From the NCBI RefSeq assembly GCF_000315625.1, contig NW_005434672.1:1239205-1303204 (forward strand): a stretch of DNA of 64,000 nt, in the 5' to 3' direction. Positions 24,439 to 37,130 of the stretch are shown in pieces. Every line of letters starts with the position of its first letter. Within the stretch, counting starts at the first letter, position 1. The translations under genes and the position numbers were made by a program. The stretch is from Guillardia theta CCMP2712 (taxonomy: Eukaryota > Protista > Cryptophyta). The notes beneath the pieces were generated by a model, which was not told the origin of the DNA, searched no databases, and saw only the letters and a list, made by a program, of their open reading frames with translations.

Positions 24439-27237
24439 TCAAGATCTAGTCACCTTCACGAGCGCAAGTTTGTCTTCGTCGTCTTCGAGGTGGGCGACAT
24501 CCTTTCGACGAGACAGAGTTAGAGGAAGGACAACCGCGGCAAGATCCCAAACTTTCGGACCTTCACTCTTGTGTATGCAGGATAACTCCTGCCACCAGTG
24601 TGAGTGTGAAACCACAATCTCGAAAATAGAGAAGGGCAACCTGATGATAGCATTCAAAGCGTCAGCATAATCGACATCGAATTCGATACCCTGACAACAC
24701 AAAAAGATCAACGCTGCCTGTAGGCTTGGACAGAAGTCGGCTGATAGTTGCAACAGACCTGTTCCTCTTTCCCATGGAAATCTCTAGAATTGTCGACTGA
24801 ATGCACCAGAACAGCAATATCCCCTTCGAGCTGATTCATGCCAAAGTCACGGTCTCAATTGACTGACCCTCAGCCCATGGAACAGAAGCAGCAGTAGAAG
24901 AAAATGTTTTGAACTTCATATCACCTTCACTCTTGCTATATTATGTCGAACCAGCCGAAACTGTGTCTTGAGCGAGACTTTTTCAGCCTCCGCCTGCTCA
25001 TTTTTCAGATTTTCGTTTGAGTCGCAAACAGGTCACTTCTCTCGCAGGGGCAAGTAGCTCTTCAACATCATCATCAGGGTTGCCCTGAAGTGATCAACGT
25101 TTTTGAGCTGAAGGTACACTGGAATGCCAAAAAGTACAAGTCTATCATTTGCATTGGGTATGATGGGAGGAAGTCTATCGTGTATGAAGCCAATCGCTCG
25201 GAGATCTGAACTCTCTTCATGATTGGCAGCAAAGAATCGAAACAACCAGCAGCAGCGTCGACACAGCCTTCCCCGAGATATTCTGTAACCTTGGTCGCTA
25301 GTGCAATGGCCTGATTGATCTGAGCCATAATGCCTTATCTTGAATCAAACCGTCACCTGATTGGCGAATTTTTCTCGCACCTTCTTGCTAGCCTTCTTTG
25401 AACATTGGAAAGTCAGCTATGGTAGCAGGCAGGATTAATAGTTAACCTCATCATTCAAGGTCCCCATGTGGTGAGTGAAGTTTCGAGGCAAACCTCTGTC
25501 GAAATGTCATATCCAGAAGCTGCAAGTTTGATCTGCCTTCGCATGTCAACATTATGCTGCACTGCAACGTCCAGAGCGCTGATCAACGTTTCCCTGTAAT
25601 TCAGTCAAATTAACGAGCAGAAATGAATCAATGTTACATACTTGATGACGTCGTACCAAGAATTCCTGTACCCGTGCGAAACTGTGACATGAAGTGAATG
25701 GGTGTCTCTTGAGCTCTTTGCCTGCACAAAACATTGAATCCCTTGTATTACATCACAGCATGATAAACCTGGTGAATAAAACCCCTGGGAAAGTAGAGAA
25801 GATCGCCGGCTTCAAGTGTGCACTCAAGAATGGGTTCACCGATTTCATCCTTTTCCGTTCTTTGTGAAAACGAGAAAAAGGAGGTTTGATATTAGGAAGA
25901 CCTCGGTCATGTTTCGGCTTGAGTATCTTGGCATCGCTTCGTACTCGTTCCTTGGCTCGTACACCTAGATTTGGTAAGATATGAATGTAAAATCGTTTCC
26001 AGACCTTCCAATGTTTTGTTCCCTCTGTTTGCAGAATGAATGCTTCAATATCATCCCAGTGTGGAGCAAATCCCTAAGGAGCAAGAAGTTTTACCTTTTT
26101 TGAACAAAGTTTCAACCAAGTGCCTGAGTTCCAGCGGGTGTCAAGTAAACATTTGCCCCAGCACTTGAGCCAAAATGCTCGTCAAGCAGCGATAGCATCT
26201 GTCTTTAAATGTTACGAAAATGATATACATAAATGTAAGGTCGCCTTGCACAAATGATTAAGTCTCCTGTGAGGCCTTGGAAGCCGAATAGAGCAACCAT
26301 CCGCATATTTGCTCCATACATCAGCTTGAGTGGCAATTCCTGAGGACACACAACATTCACAATGATTGTACACAATATACCGTGTGGCAATTGCTTGTCC
26401 AACCTTCTCCATTATGCGTTGTTCGTTGTCCATTCGTGTATCTTGTAGCATCGATTTCAAAGTTCCACTCTAGACCTTCTTTTACCAAAAGCTCCAAGTC
26501 TTTTAGGTTCATCCATTGGTCATAATACGCTGGATTGTTTCTTTTGATGAGAAGAGGTCGCTGCTCATGATAGCTATGTTCACAACCTTGTCATGGAGCC
26601 ACACGAAAAGTTGTCAGGAATGTCACCTGGAGTAAAATTCTTCCAGACTCGTGGGCGATATCAAAAGTTCAAAAAGCTTATCTGCAATGCGTCTACTATC
26701 GCTATCATGCAGTGTTGCCAGGGAAGAAACAGCAAGAAAGTCTGCTTTGTGCCCCCCTTGTTCAACTTTTTCTCCTGTTCGAGCACTGTCAGACCGATAC
26801 CTGCAGATAAAAGCACATCAAAAATCATACCATTTTCCTCTCTCTTGACCCTCTTCAGTTTTACAGGCTAAGTCAAAAAGTTTCAGCGTTAGTGAAAGCT
26901 TCATAAATCATACCTTGCCCTTCGGCTCAACCGCTTTGGAATTTGTCGCACGGATACGCTTTCTTTTCTCCATGAGTCGCCCTGAACAGGATAAATCATT
27001 TTCAATATTTAAATAGAAGGTCGCATAGTTAATGATAGAAAAAGACTGAATTGCTTTGAGTGACACTGATATGTTTTTTAATCTAGATTTTTTGGCGTTT
27101 GGGTTGTTGATCTTATTTTCTAATGTTCTATGTATGACTTGAATAAATCGGATCAACTGTGAATATTCTGAGAGGTGCTGTCCCAGAAGCTTGATATAAT
27201 CTCTCATCAAAATATTTTTTTTCCTCTGACTTCCCAT
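24439..27237 (-). CDS. RIOX1: JmjC ribosomal oxygenase NO66/RIOX1-like (multi-exon)
   Basis: Minus-strand exons read [57 protein letters not shown] and [16 protein letters not shown]. Confidence 0.85.
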
Positions 27238-27869
27238 CTTCCATGCTATCCTTACCCATGCTCGCCATCGCTGCCTCCACTCGCTCCGCCATGCGATGAG
27301 ATCCGCCTATTGCTTGTATCCATAAAGGTTTGTAACGGAACGAAAACCATCATTGTAACGACTCATAACGTCACAACTGACAATTAACTGGTGAAAACGA
27401 TGGGTGGGGTGGTAGGATCACGGGTAGTGTTGATTATGCTTTACTAGGGCTGGTGCTGTGATTGCTAGGGTGGCAAGTGCCACAGGGTTGTGGTGGGGGA
27501 ACGGCATGGGGAAATGTTGGTCTCGACCAGGTGAGGAGCTGAAGAGAGGAGAGGAGGGAGGATGGGGGAGGAGGGAGGAAAGAGAGCGAAAAAATCAGGA
27601 TAGTCAACCCTATACTAAGCAAAGGAATCAGTAGAAGTTCATTCCTGGCAAGCATACGAACCCATGAAAGCATTATATTATGCGAAGCTAGCAGACGATA
27701 AAGTTCACTATGAACGACTTTATTATATCAGAGAAGACAGACTCGATGTATTGAACAAATAGCAATGCCAGAAATGAAATTGTTGAATAATTGTGGAGAA
27801 ATTGCAATCTCCTTTGTTTTTTTTCCGGTCAATTAGATACTTGGCTTATTTTCCCTTGCATCCTTTTCT

Positions 27870-29660
27870 CAGACCATCGGATACACCCGGATCTGAAGGA
27901 AGACGCAACAGCGCTGGACTTTGTAAAGAAAGACAGTCAAATTGAAGAGCATCCGGTACCAAATGATGTAAGGGCAAACGTGTCCTTTCCGATCAGATTG
28001 ACTGCTGTTATGTGTGAGCAGTTAGGGGGTTGCAGCGAGGAGGACAAACTACATGTTAAAGTTGCTGCGCTTCAAGAAGTAGGACACGAGAAGAGTTCTG
28101 GCTTTGTAGATGTGGCTACTCCCTCGCTCATTTCAATCGAGACTTCGACCCCTGTTTGTCTGCAATCGGACGTTCAGGCAGGATCAACGAGGTAGAGAAA
28201 TTAGATCAAGTTGAAGGCACTGTAACCTCTTGCTTTTTGCAGACTCTCGGTCTTGAATGAAGATGGCAGACATCTTCAAGACGGAAGACATCTCGATCAA
28301 AACCTAGCAGGTCAAGGGAAATTTCCCTCCCTTTACTTCGATTCGTCGACGCTATCAGATGATTGCCACAGAAAACAGAATGATATACAACAAGCGCCCA
28401 CAGGCATCGTCACATGCCAATCCACACACAGGCCCATCGTCCCAGATACTTCCGAATCAAAGGCAAGAAGCGTACCAAGTCAACCTTCCGTCAGTGAGCT
28501 CAAAACAAACAGCTCAAATAGAAACAAAGAAAATCTCGATCGACAAAATGTGAAAAGGCTCGCATCCAGTGATAGATCATCATTTAAAAGATCGGACAGC
28601 TCGTCTAGTACGAATTCCAAAAAAGCCGCTCAACACAAACCTGGCAAGTATGATCCTATTGCACACGATGGTACATAGAAAATTGCCACCGAGTGAACTA
28701 TTTGATGTATGTTTTTGTTGTCTGCACAGTGAATCGAGAAATTAGCCACGTTGTGGATAAGGGATTTGGAGCAGATCTGCGCTCAAAAATCATGGAAGGA
28801 GCAACTTCGTTTACGATGGTTGTTGACATCCAACATGCGATGCTATTTTGAGCTACATAGCAGGAAGACTGTGAAGAGACAAGCCATGAAATCGAAACTT
28901 TAAGCTTTGAAGTAATGCTTCAACGTCAATTTGAGGTGCTAGTGTTATATGTGACTGTCAATCGACAAGCTCTGCAGGTAGAGAACATGTTTAGGTGTGC
29001 TATGAGGGACAACGACGATGTTAAACGAGTTCACGTATTCAAGATATAAGATGAATAACTGCGAATGTCATTCTATCTTGCAGGACCGAGTGCAAGAACT
29101 GCTTCAATTCATAGACGAGCTCAAGCGCTTGGCAAAGTTTTTGGGGTTAGGGAACCACGGCTTGGTCTTTCAGGTGCTTCTATTTTCAATCTCGTTACCG
29201 TGTTCCCCTTGTCCCGCCTACTCTAATTCTGTCTCAAATCTCCTCAGGAGTTGCTTGGCTTGAGCAACAGCGGCAACAAGAAGGAAGAGAGCATCATAAC
29301 AGGGTTGGTCAAGTTGGACCAATACCTTGAGCCTGATCGCATAGCCCAACTCTGTCGGGTAAGGAAAAGCGGGTGGAAAAGTGAAGTTCTGACTGCGTGC
29401 AGCACGTGGATGATCTTCGAATGCTTCTCAGGCTGAAGGTGCAAGATGGATCAGATCTTCAAACAGCTGCCAAGACTCTCAGGTCCGTGTCCTTTCGCTT
29501 GATTGTGCCTTCTCGGCTGATCTTTTGGCTCAGAGATTCGTATCATTTTTTCGTTAGTCTTCAGCGACATGCAGGTATCATATCTTCTGTTCGCCTCTAC
29601 AAACTGACGTGGGTCACCGTGCGAATTTGCAGAGGAAAAGGGAACAACATGCTATGAGTT
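27870..29660 (+). CDS. Hypothetical multi-exon protein with Ser-rich and coiled-coil regions
   Basis: Series of + strand ORFs (27791, 28253, 29018, 29251, 29397) joined by apparent short introns. Confidence 0.4.
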
Positions 29661-30164
29661 CCTCGAGCAGTTGCGGCAGTTCTAATTCACTATATTCTTT
29701 CCTTTTATTCTTTCTTTGTGGTGGGCAACCTGTCCCACTGCCAGCTGTAAATGTCTCTGTTCTCAAGCAAGACCATCATCTAGCCTACCAGCAGCCTACC
29801 AGTGTGTCACTCACAGAATCACACCCTGATCTTTAACTTAACTTTGAGTAAAATCACAAGTGCTGCGCTGAGTGCACTGCGGGCCGGCGGCTCGGCACTC
29901 ATGACCCGGGCCGCTGGTGGTGGCGACTAGAAAACTTCGCAAGCCTGATGAGAATTCCGTGGAAGGCCAGCCAGTACAGGGGTGGGTGCTGATGTACCTT
30001 CAAGGGGGTAGGGATTCAGAGTAGGGGTGGGTTTATTTGACTCACATGGGTGGCGGAGAAGTGTTCGAAAAGCATTTAGGGGTCGTAGGGTGGAAACCGA
30101 TGGTGGGGTAGGGGGTGCTAAGGGAGGCTGGGGTGGGGATCCGAAGGAACGGGGGCCGCTCAAT

Positions 30165-31105
30165 ATGGCGCGTACGCTTGCGATGATGGCAATGATGCCG
30201 CTGTGTGCGGATGCTTTTCTCTCCCTCTCAGCCCCTGCTAGCTCATTCCTTGCCAACTCTCCAGCTCTCCGACCCCAGAGCCTCCGAGCTTCCACTCTTG
30301 TTCAGGTAAACGCCATCGTGTCGTGAAATGAGAGGAGGCCACTGTGATTTGGAATGAAAGCTATTGATTCGTGTTCCAACTTGGATCTGACCTTGTCTGT
30401 GTATATCTTTGTATTCTTTTTTGTCATGTCGTAATTGATGAAAGATCTTATTGATGGTGAAGAAGAAGTTTTGTTTGACTGACGTGGAGTTGAAATTTTC
30501 ATGTACAGTCAAAGCGCACGGAGCTCAAGATGGCATGCCCCCTTGTTCCTCTGGTAAGGCTTTGCAGAAGAGGCAAGTTGCTATGTCCATGACAAATCTA
30601 TGCAGGGAGCTAACATCATCGTCACATTGGTCTTTTGGATGCTGCATTTTGTTTCTGCGAGCTAATTGTCTGCGACAGGACAAGGCGGCAGGAGAGAAGA
30701 TGACTGACAGTGGCATCTTGGTCGCCGCCTCTGTCAAGACTGACGGCCCTCAGACGGTCAGTGCATTATATTATCATGGTTGATGGGGCTTAGGTTCTCG
30801 TTCTGCAGGGAGTTGTCCAGGCAGTTGGCTCCGGATGGGTTACTGAGCAAGGAGCTAAAGTACCGATCGAGGAAGTGAAGGTGATGAGAAATTTGACTTT
30901 TTTGTAACGGAAGCGAGTTCTTGTGCTCAAAATGCTGAAAGGTGGGGGACAAAGTCATGTTCCGTGAGCCAACAGCATTCGAGAACAGAAAGATGAAGAT
31001 GAATGACCAGGACTATTACGTCTTGTCTGTACGTTGAACGATTTATTTCTGAACAGGACTGATCATATCGTTCAGGTGAACGATATCTTGGCGAAGATGG
31101 CCTAA
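30165..31105 (+). CDS. groES: Plastid-targeted co-chaperonin Cpn10/GroES (multi-exon)
   Basis: Bipartite leader MARTLAMMAMMPLCADA-FLSLSAPASS; mature motifs KMTDSGIL, GVVQAVGSG, KVGDKVMF and VNDILAKMA*. Confidence 0.85.
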
Positions 31106-31118
31106 AGATGATTTACTT

Positions 31119-32810
31119 CTAGCACTTTCTGCTACGTGATTGAGCTCGCACAAAGAATAAATTTCCGAAGAAGTTGAAATAGCTTGCTGTCAAATACCGT
31201 TCACAACCAAGTATCTTTCGCATTGCTTTCCAAAACAATTTCCAATCGTTGAATTGAAGGGCAGTGTAGTACGGTACAAGGCCAAGATCATCTCCAGCAG
31301 ATAGAGCAAGCCATTGCGGGAGACATAGCATCCTCCAACATAAACACAACCGCTGCAAGATTCAGTACTTTGATGATTTTGAATGCCTATGAAAATATCA
31401 CTTGCAATGCAAGCGTTTGACGATATTATGTTATTAAATCTTTCACCTTGAACAACTTGAAGGCCTTGAAATGTCTCTTGGGAAGAATTCTCTTGCATTT
31501 TCTAGATATTTTCAGCAGCTGCAATGGAATAGTAAGGAACCAGAACTTTATCCAGTTGACGAAAGGCCAGACAAAAGCACAGAACATTCATGTAGTTGGT
31601 GGAGTATAAGCAGCAAGGCTTCAAACTTAGATGGTCCCTTTTCAATGAGTGGAGCACATTTCAGTACCTTGAGAAGCTTCAACATGCGAAAGAGCTTGAG
31701 TGCCAGCTTCCATGATATATTTCCCAGCAGAAACCATTTTCCAATCTTGACCAACCTGCTCTTGAATCAGTAACAAAATTCGAAAGGACGATGCGGGGGA
31801 AAGAAGGGACGTACTTGGCCAACTTGACAAGTTTGACGACTCTAAGACCTTTCTGTCTTTTGAAAATTTTCAATAAATCAGCCATCTGTCAAAGATCAAG
31901 AATAAGGCCAAAGTCAACAGTGTCAAAATCAACCTTGAGAGAGAGTCGAACAACGAGGAAAAAAATAACAAACGACGCATTTTCTGCAAAAATGCTAAAC
32001 GAAGGCTGCATGAACAACGAGTCATTTCAGAGCCATTGGCTAATTGATGTGCGGTAAGGCACATGAACCTGCAATCGCGACAAGTTTGCAAACTGATCGG
32101 TCGCTCCAAAACGGTAACGATACAACCAAATACAGATGAGTCTATAACAAGCATTAGGATCCCATGTTTCGATTTTTGAGCGTATACCCGCAAGAAAGAA
32201 TCTTCTTGGCATTCTTAAGAGGGCGAGAACCAAACTCTAACAAAATGAAAGTTGTGCGAACAATGAGCGCTACAGTATCAGCATTGGAAAGCAAGCTTCT
32301 TTCATGCTTTGCGATCGAAAAATCTTTCAGCAGGCATGACATGGGGTATCTCTCCTGTTTGACTCGATTCCAACAAAATCTCATATCTGCGTCATATTCG
32401 CCTTGTCTATCCAAGTCTGAAAAGCAACAAGACTCTGAGGTGGTGCCACAAGTATCTCCACCAGAGGAGTTCAAATGTCTTTCCATAGGATGACACATTG
32501 CATTTCTGCGCGGTGTATGAATGAAAGAGAAACAGATGCTCGGCAAAAAAAAACCTTAACAAGGCATGGGAACTTTGACTCCGCTGTGCTGACAGTTGAT
32601 CCCCTGCAGGTTGTACAGTGATAGCAGTAAGGAGAGCAGCAAGGATGATCGGGAGGATTGTTGGGGAATATTTCGTCCTTCTCCACACTCGAGGAGATTC
32701 AGACCGCATCCTTGCTTTTCTCAGAACAGGCTTCAAAAGCAAGTTGTTATGAAACCATGATGAAGGTTAGAAGAATAACTTTCACCTCGTCTGCGATGAA
32801 ATCGCACATG
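31119..32810 (-). CDS. Hypothetical multi-exon protein
   Basis: Chain of minus-strand ORFs with a hydrophobic segment near the N-terminus (ILPIILAALLTAITV). Confidence 0.35.
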
Positions 32811-34306
32811 TTTCGAGCTATCCCATTGACGGTACGACTTGCAAAGGGACTAGCACGTGATCAGAGGCCAAATGAACGAAGCGATAGATCAGATGTAAGA
32901 GCATATAATAAGGAGCAGTGCAAGAAAGTATAAGAAAACTAGAATGGAGTTATTTCGATCTCAAAACATACCAAAAAAGCAACAGAAGCTGAACAACACC
33001 AAGGTGCACATGAGAAATAAAGCGGGGAAAATTAGATATGAAAGAATGACGTCAGAAAACTAGTTGAAGTTGGTTGCAATGAAATTGACGTGAACAAAGA
33101 AAGAGGCAAGACAAACGAAGAACTATGGTGGCAGTGGTGGCTGATGTGGCCAACGAGGAAGGAGGAAAGTGTGAAGTAGGGAGAGGGCAACTACAGACAA
33201 AGGTACCATGGATGAAGGGGTGTAGGAAAAGAAGGATGCAGTCGGAGGAGGGAGGAGGAGTTTTCTTTCAAGCTATATTCACTGGCATTAGGGGAGTAGG
33301 TTAACAGGAGCAAGGGGTCCGTTTCCCCCCTCAAATGGGGGTATGGTGACAGAATCCATCAGGGGTACGGGTACTAGTTGTTGATGGTACTAACTAATGA
33401 TAGTTAGGTGGGTGGGGTAGTACCTGGCCAGACTTTTGAAGGAGTTTGTGGAAACTGAACCCGGTTTTACTAATAAGTTTAGTCTACTCAGTTTCTTTAC
33501 TCAAAGCCTGTTCAGGTAAAAATCAGTACTCAGAAGACTCAGCCCCAGTCACTGAGGCGGCTAGCCCACAGCGGCGGCCACTGACATGAAACTTCCGAAG
33601 TTCGCCGGTCCGATCCGATGATCAGCGTAACCGGGTAACTTGCCAGGTGACCACCACCGGCACGGCGTACCCGGAACTCGGCCGGAACTGCGCCTGAGTC
33701 TCGGGAGCGCCTTTTAACTCAGCCGGGCTCAGCCTAGTTTGTTCAAACGGCGGCGCAGGCACGCCGGTCAATTCACTATAATCACCCTTTACACCGGCGG
33801 GAGAAAGTGATTCTCTAAAAAAAGACCGTGAGCTAGGCACAGCCTGGGCCAATGCGCCGCCTGGTGAGCGAACTTCTGTGTTGCTGCCGCATGGCAGTGG
33901 GCGTTCTGGTTTCCGCTCTGCTCCCTCACCGGCTTCCATACCCCTAACCCAATTCCTCTTTGGCCTCTGTCCCTGCCCGTCTGCTGGTCCTTTTCCCTAC
34001 TTCCTCGCTTACGCCTGCTCCCCGGCTACACTCACTTGCCAAAGTTCTACTCCCATACTTACTTCTTGCCTCTTTGTTCTGTGTTCCAGTGGGTCTTCTT
34101 CCTTTTCAATCTTCTTCTCCGTCGTCCTAATCGTCTTTCCTCCTTCGGCAGAACTTTTTGCTCATTGCTGCGACCGCTTGTTTGGCTGTGGAAGCCAATC
34201 CGACATGCCCACAACCTTGCGCAGGCTATAATTGTACAGCAGAACTCCTTCTGCAAGGTCAGTACAGCAAATTCTCTTTTCCAGATGGGATTTTTGGAAG
34301 TAAACA

Positions 34307-36491
34307 ATGGGACATCCGTGTGGTCACAAGAGACAGCCTCATAACACAGAGACAGTTCATGGTTTCCTCAACAATTTACTCCTTGAACATGTTGAAAATT
34401 ATCTTTCCCAGGTCCAGATATTTGATTCGGAAAATTTCTTGAAATTTTCAAACAACGAAGCTAATGTGGCAAGTTGCAACGAGTGGAGCGAGCTGAATCA
34501 TTTTCAACTGTCAGTTGCGATGCTAATGTGGCCCTGCATGACACTTGTTCTAGTTGCCTATCATTGCAGGGAAACAAGTGCAGGAGCATCCAATCCTCCT
34601 CGGGGTCTGATAGTGAGAGAATGTGCTTGAAGCCGCCCGATGCCATAACCATCTCGTGTCCTCTTGCTCGTCAGTGCCGTACACTACCGTTGTAGTTTCT
34701 TGTGGAGCTCAAAACCAGCTGAATTGCAACCTTGATATCAGGTTTCTCATTATCCACAATGCATGAATTGAGAGCATATGGGCTGCAGTGTCAAGGTAGT
34801 CCCGCAGGAAAACACAGGATGCAAAGCAGGCAAAAAGATTCATTCCTATAGGATACCTTGACATATTGTCAGCACTGAATTTGTTTTCAGGAAGCATATC
34901 CTGTGGGGCTCTCGGAGGAATTCTGGCTGCCATCATCATTGTGATCTTGGTCGCAATGGGAAGCTTGCTCTATCGACGAAGAAATTTTCGTTCTCGGTAC
35001 TCCTGCATTGCAGATTCTTCATGATGTTGACTTCGTTGCAGCGAATTCGAAATAAATGCTGAGAAAACGTCAAGAGACGGAGCAAGGTCCCCGATATGAT
35101 GTCACATCTTCAAGATTTCACAAGGATGACATTCTGATGGTGTTTGGGTGGTCCATAACCCTTACATTTCTTCAATATTTGACGAGACCTACATACTTGT
35201 TTGGATTGAACATTCTTGAATTCTCACCGGACTCATTCCGTTGATTGTCTGGGTATGGCATCTATTCTCGTGCTGTCTCCTCAGAAACCATTTTCCTTCT
35301 ACTCGGCTGGTCCTGGTCCTCCGAAATCCTGCTTGCCTCCCGCCCCCACCATAAACACCATCTCCCTCCGGTGCACCGGTGCTGCTATAATGCATTATAA
35401 TTCATTTTTTCGGTGGGGATTTGTACCCTGTTGCATCCTCCATCGCCCCAGTCCCTCACTTCAACTCACCTGACCTGCTTATCCGTCCTCTCTTCCTCTT
35501 CAACTCACCCGACCTGCCTATCCTCTCCTCCCATCCCGTCCCTGCCTCTGCTCTCCCTGCCTTGCCCCACATTCTCATTTTTCCTCGGTTTGCCGCTCCT
35601 CAGGCTGCTCTTGAGGAAGGTACTTAAGCAGTTGCTGCTGTTCGGTCTGGTCCAGCAGATCAGCACGGGGTCATACTCTGGTCTATTTCAGGGCAGATTA
35701 CTGCAGGCCTCTTTTTTCCTGCTTACTCTGCTCTTCTTCCCTGCTCCTGCTAGAGGCCGCATCTGCTTCCTGTACCGATGTCCATGCTGGTAGATGGAGG
35801 CAGCGGCCGTCAGATGCCATCGCGTCCTGCAGCACCATTCATGCAGGACGCGATGTCGCATCAAAGAAAAGCATCGGCGCTTTCATTTCTCGGGGGAGCT
35901 CTGTGCGGGTGAGTCAACGAGGGCTGGGTCTGTGGGACGCTGTCTGACATGCTGGCATGCAGATTGGGTTGGCTCATGTTTGTAGATGCGCTCTGTGTTG
36001 GAGGTTTCTTGACCTCGGGGGATGACTTGTACACGTGCACCATGACAGCAACACCCGTATGCTTAGCCACGCTCTTCATTCTCACCCTCAACATTACCAG
36101 TGTGGACGACATGCGAGAGTCCTATTTTAGCTATGGGTAAGCCCCTTGATGCTCGCCATGTCTTGACACACTTCCTAGATTCTGGAGGTCGAGCAAGGTT
36201 CAACGACTTTCCATGCGCATCTCTTGCATTCTCGTAAAGACAGTATCAAGAGTGGAGGTATCAGCTGACATTGATGCTCAAGGCTGTATGCTCTGTCGTG
36301 GGGTCCGTCGTCAATCTTGTATATGGCAGCTGGACAGGACGAACTCCACGGCAGTCATGGCTCGACGGCGTTGTAAACCATCCCTCTTCGTGATGTTATT
36401 TGTGGTTTACTCCCTGATTCCAGGTGGTGGCTTCTACCCAATTCATCTTCTTAGGTTCTTTGGTCTTCTGGGTTGGCAGGTTGCAATGTAG
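34307..36491 (+). CDS. Multi-exon membrane protein; the C-terminal part resembles TMEM50/Vps68
   Basis: GWLMFVDA...PVCLATLFILTLN...QFIFLGSLVFWVGRL spacing resembles the UPF0220 family; weak, by eye only. Confidence 0.3.
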
Positions 36492-37130
36492 GTCTCATGG
36501 TCATCACACTTACAATTGCACGTAGAGGTCACGACTTCTCGTCTATATGAAGGCCAACAACTATGAGAAAGATTTGCATTGACGACAACTACAAGGAAGA
36601 TTTGCATTCAAAAACTCGTAGCTCGGTTACGGAAAATTACTTGACATTCTCAATCTTCACTAAGTGCGCGTACGATGATGTCTGTGCGCAGCAAAGTCAG
36701 CTCTGCTCGAAATACGATCGGGAGAGCTCACCCGATTCAATCCTGTTGCTGCAGCAAGCTCGACCTGAAAAAAGTGCAAGCAGTCAAGTATCGAACGATG
36801 GGAGAACATTGGATGGTATTAGTATAATTTTGAATCAAATTTACCAGTGGAATTGGTTCGCCAGAGCCTTCGGAGACGACAATCTTGGTCGTCGTGGGAT
36901 TTTTCTCAGAGTTGGCAATCTGACACCAAAAAAATCAATGTGGCTCGATCTTGTGGCTGAATCGTCCACCTGTTTCTGATACTTGGATCTGATCTTCCTG
37001 AAAACTCGCTGGAAGTGTCCAGCCTCTCTATTAACACGGTGTTCAAAGTGATGCAAGCAGTAAGGCTGGTGAATAGCATAGGAATACATACCCACTCTGA
37101 AGGTCAAACTCGACAAGAGGGTACAGCTTA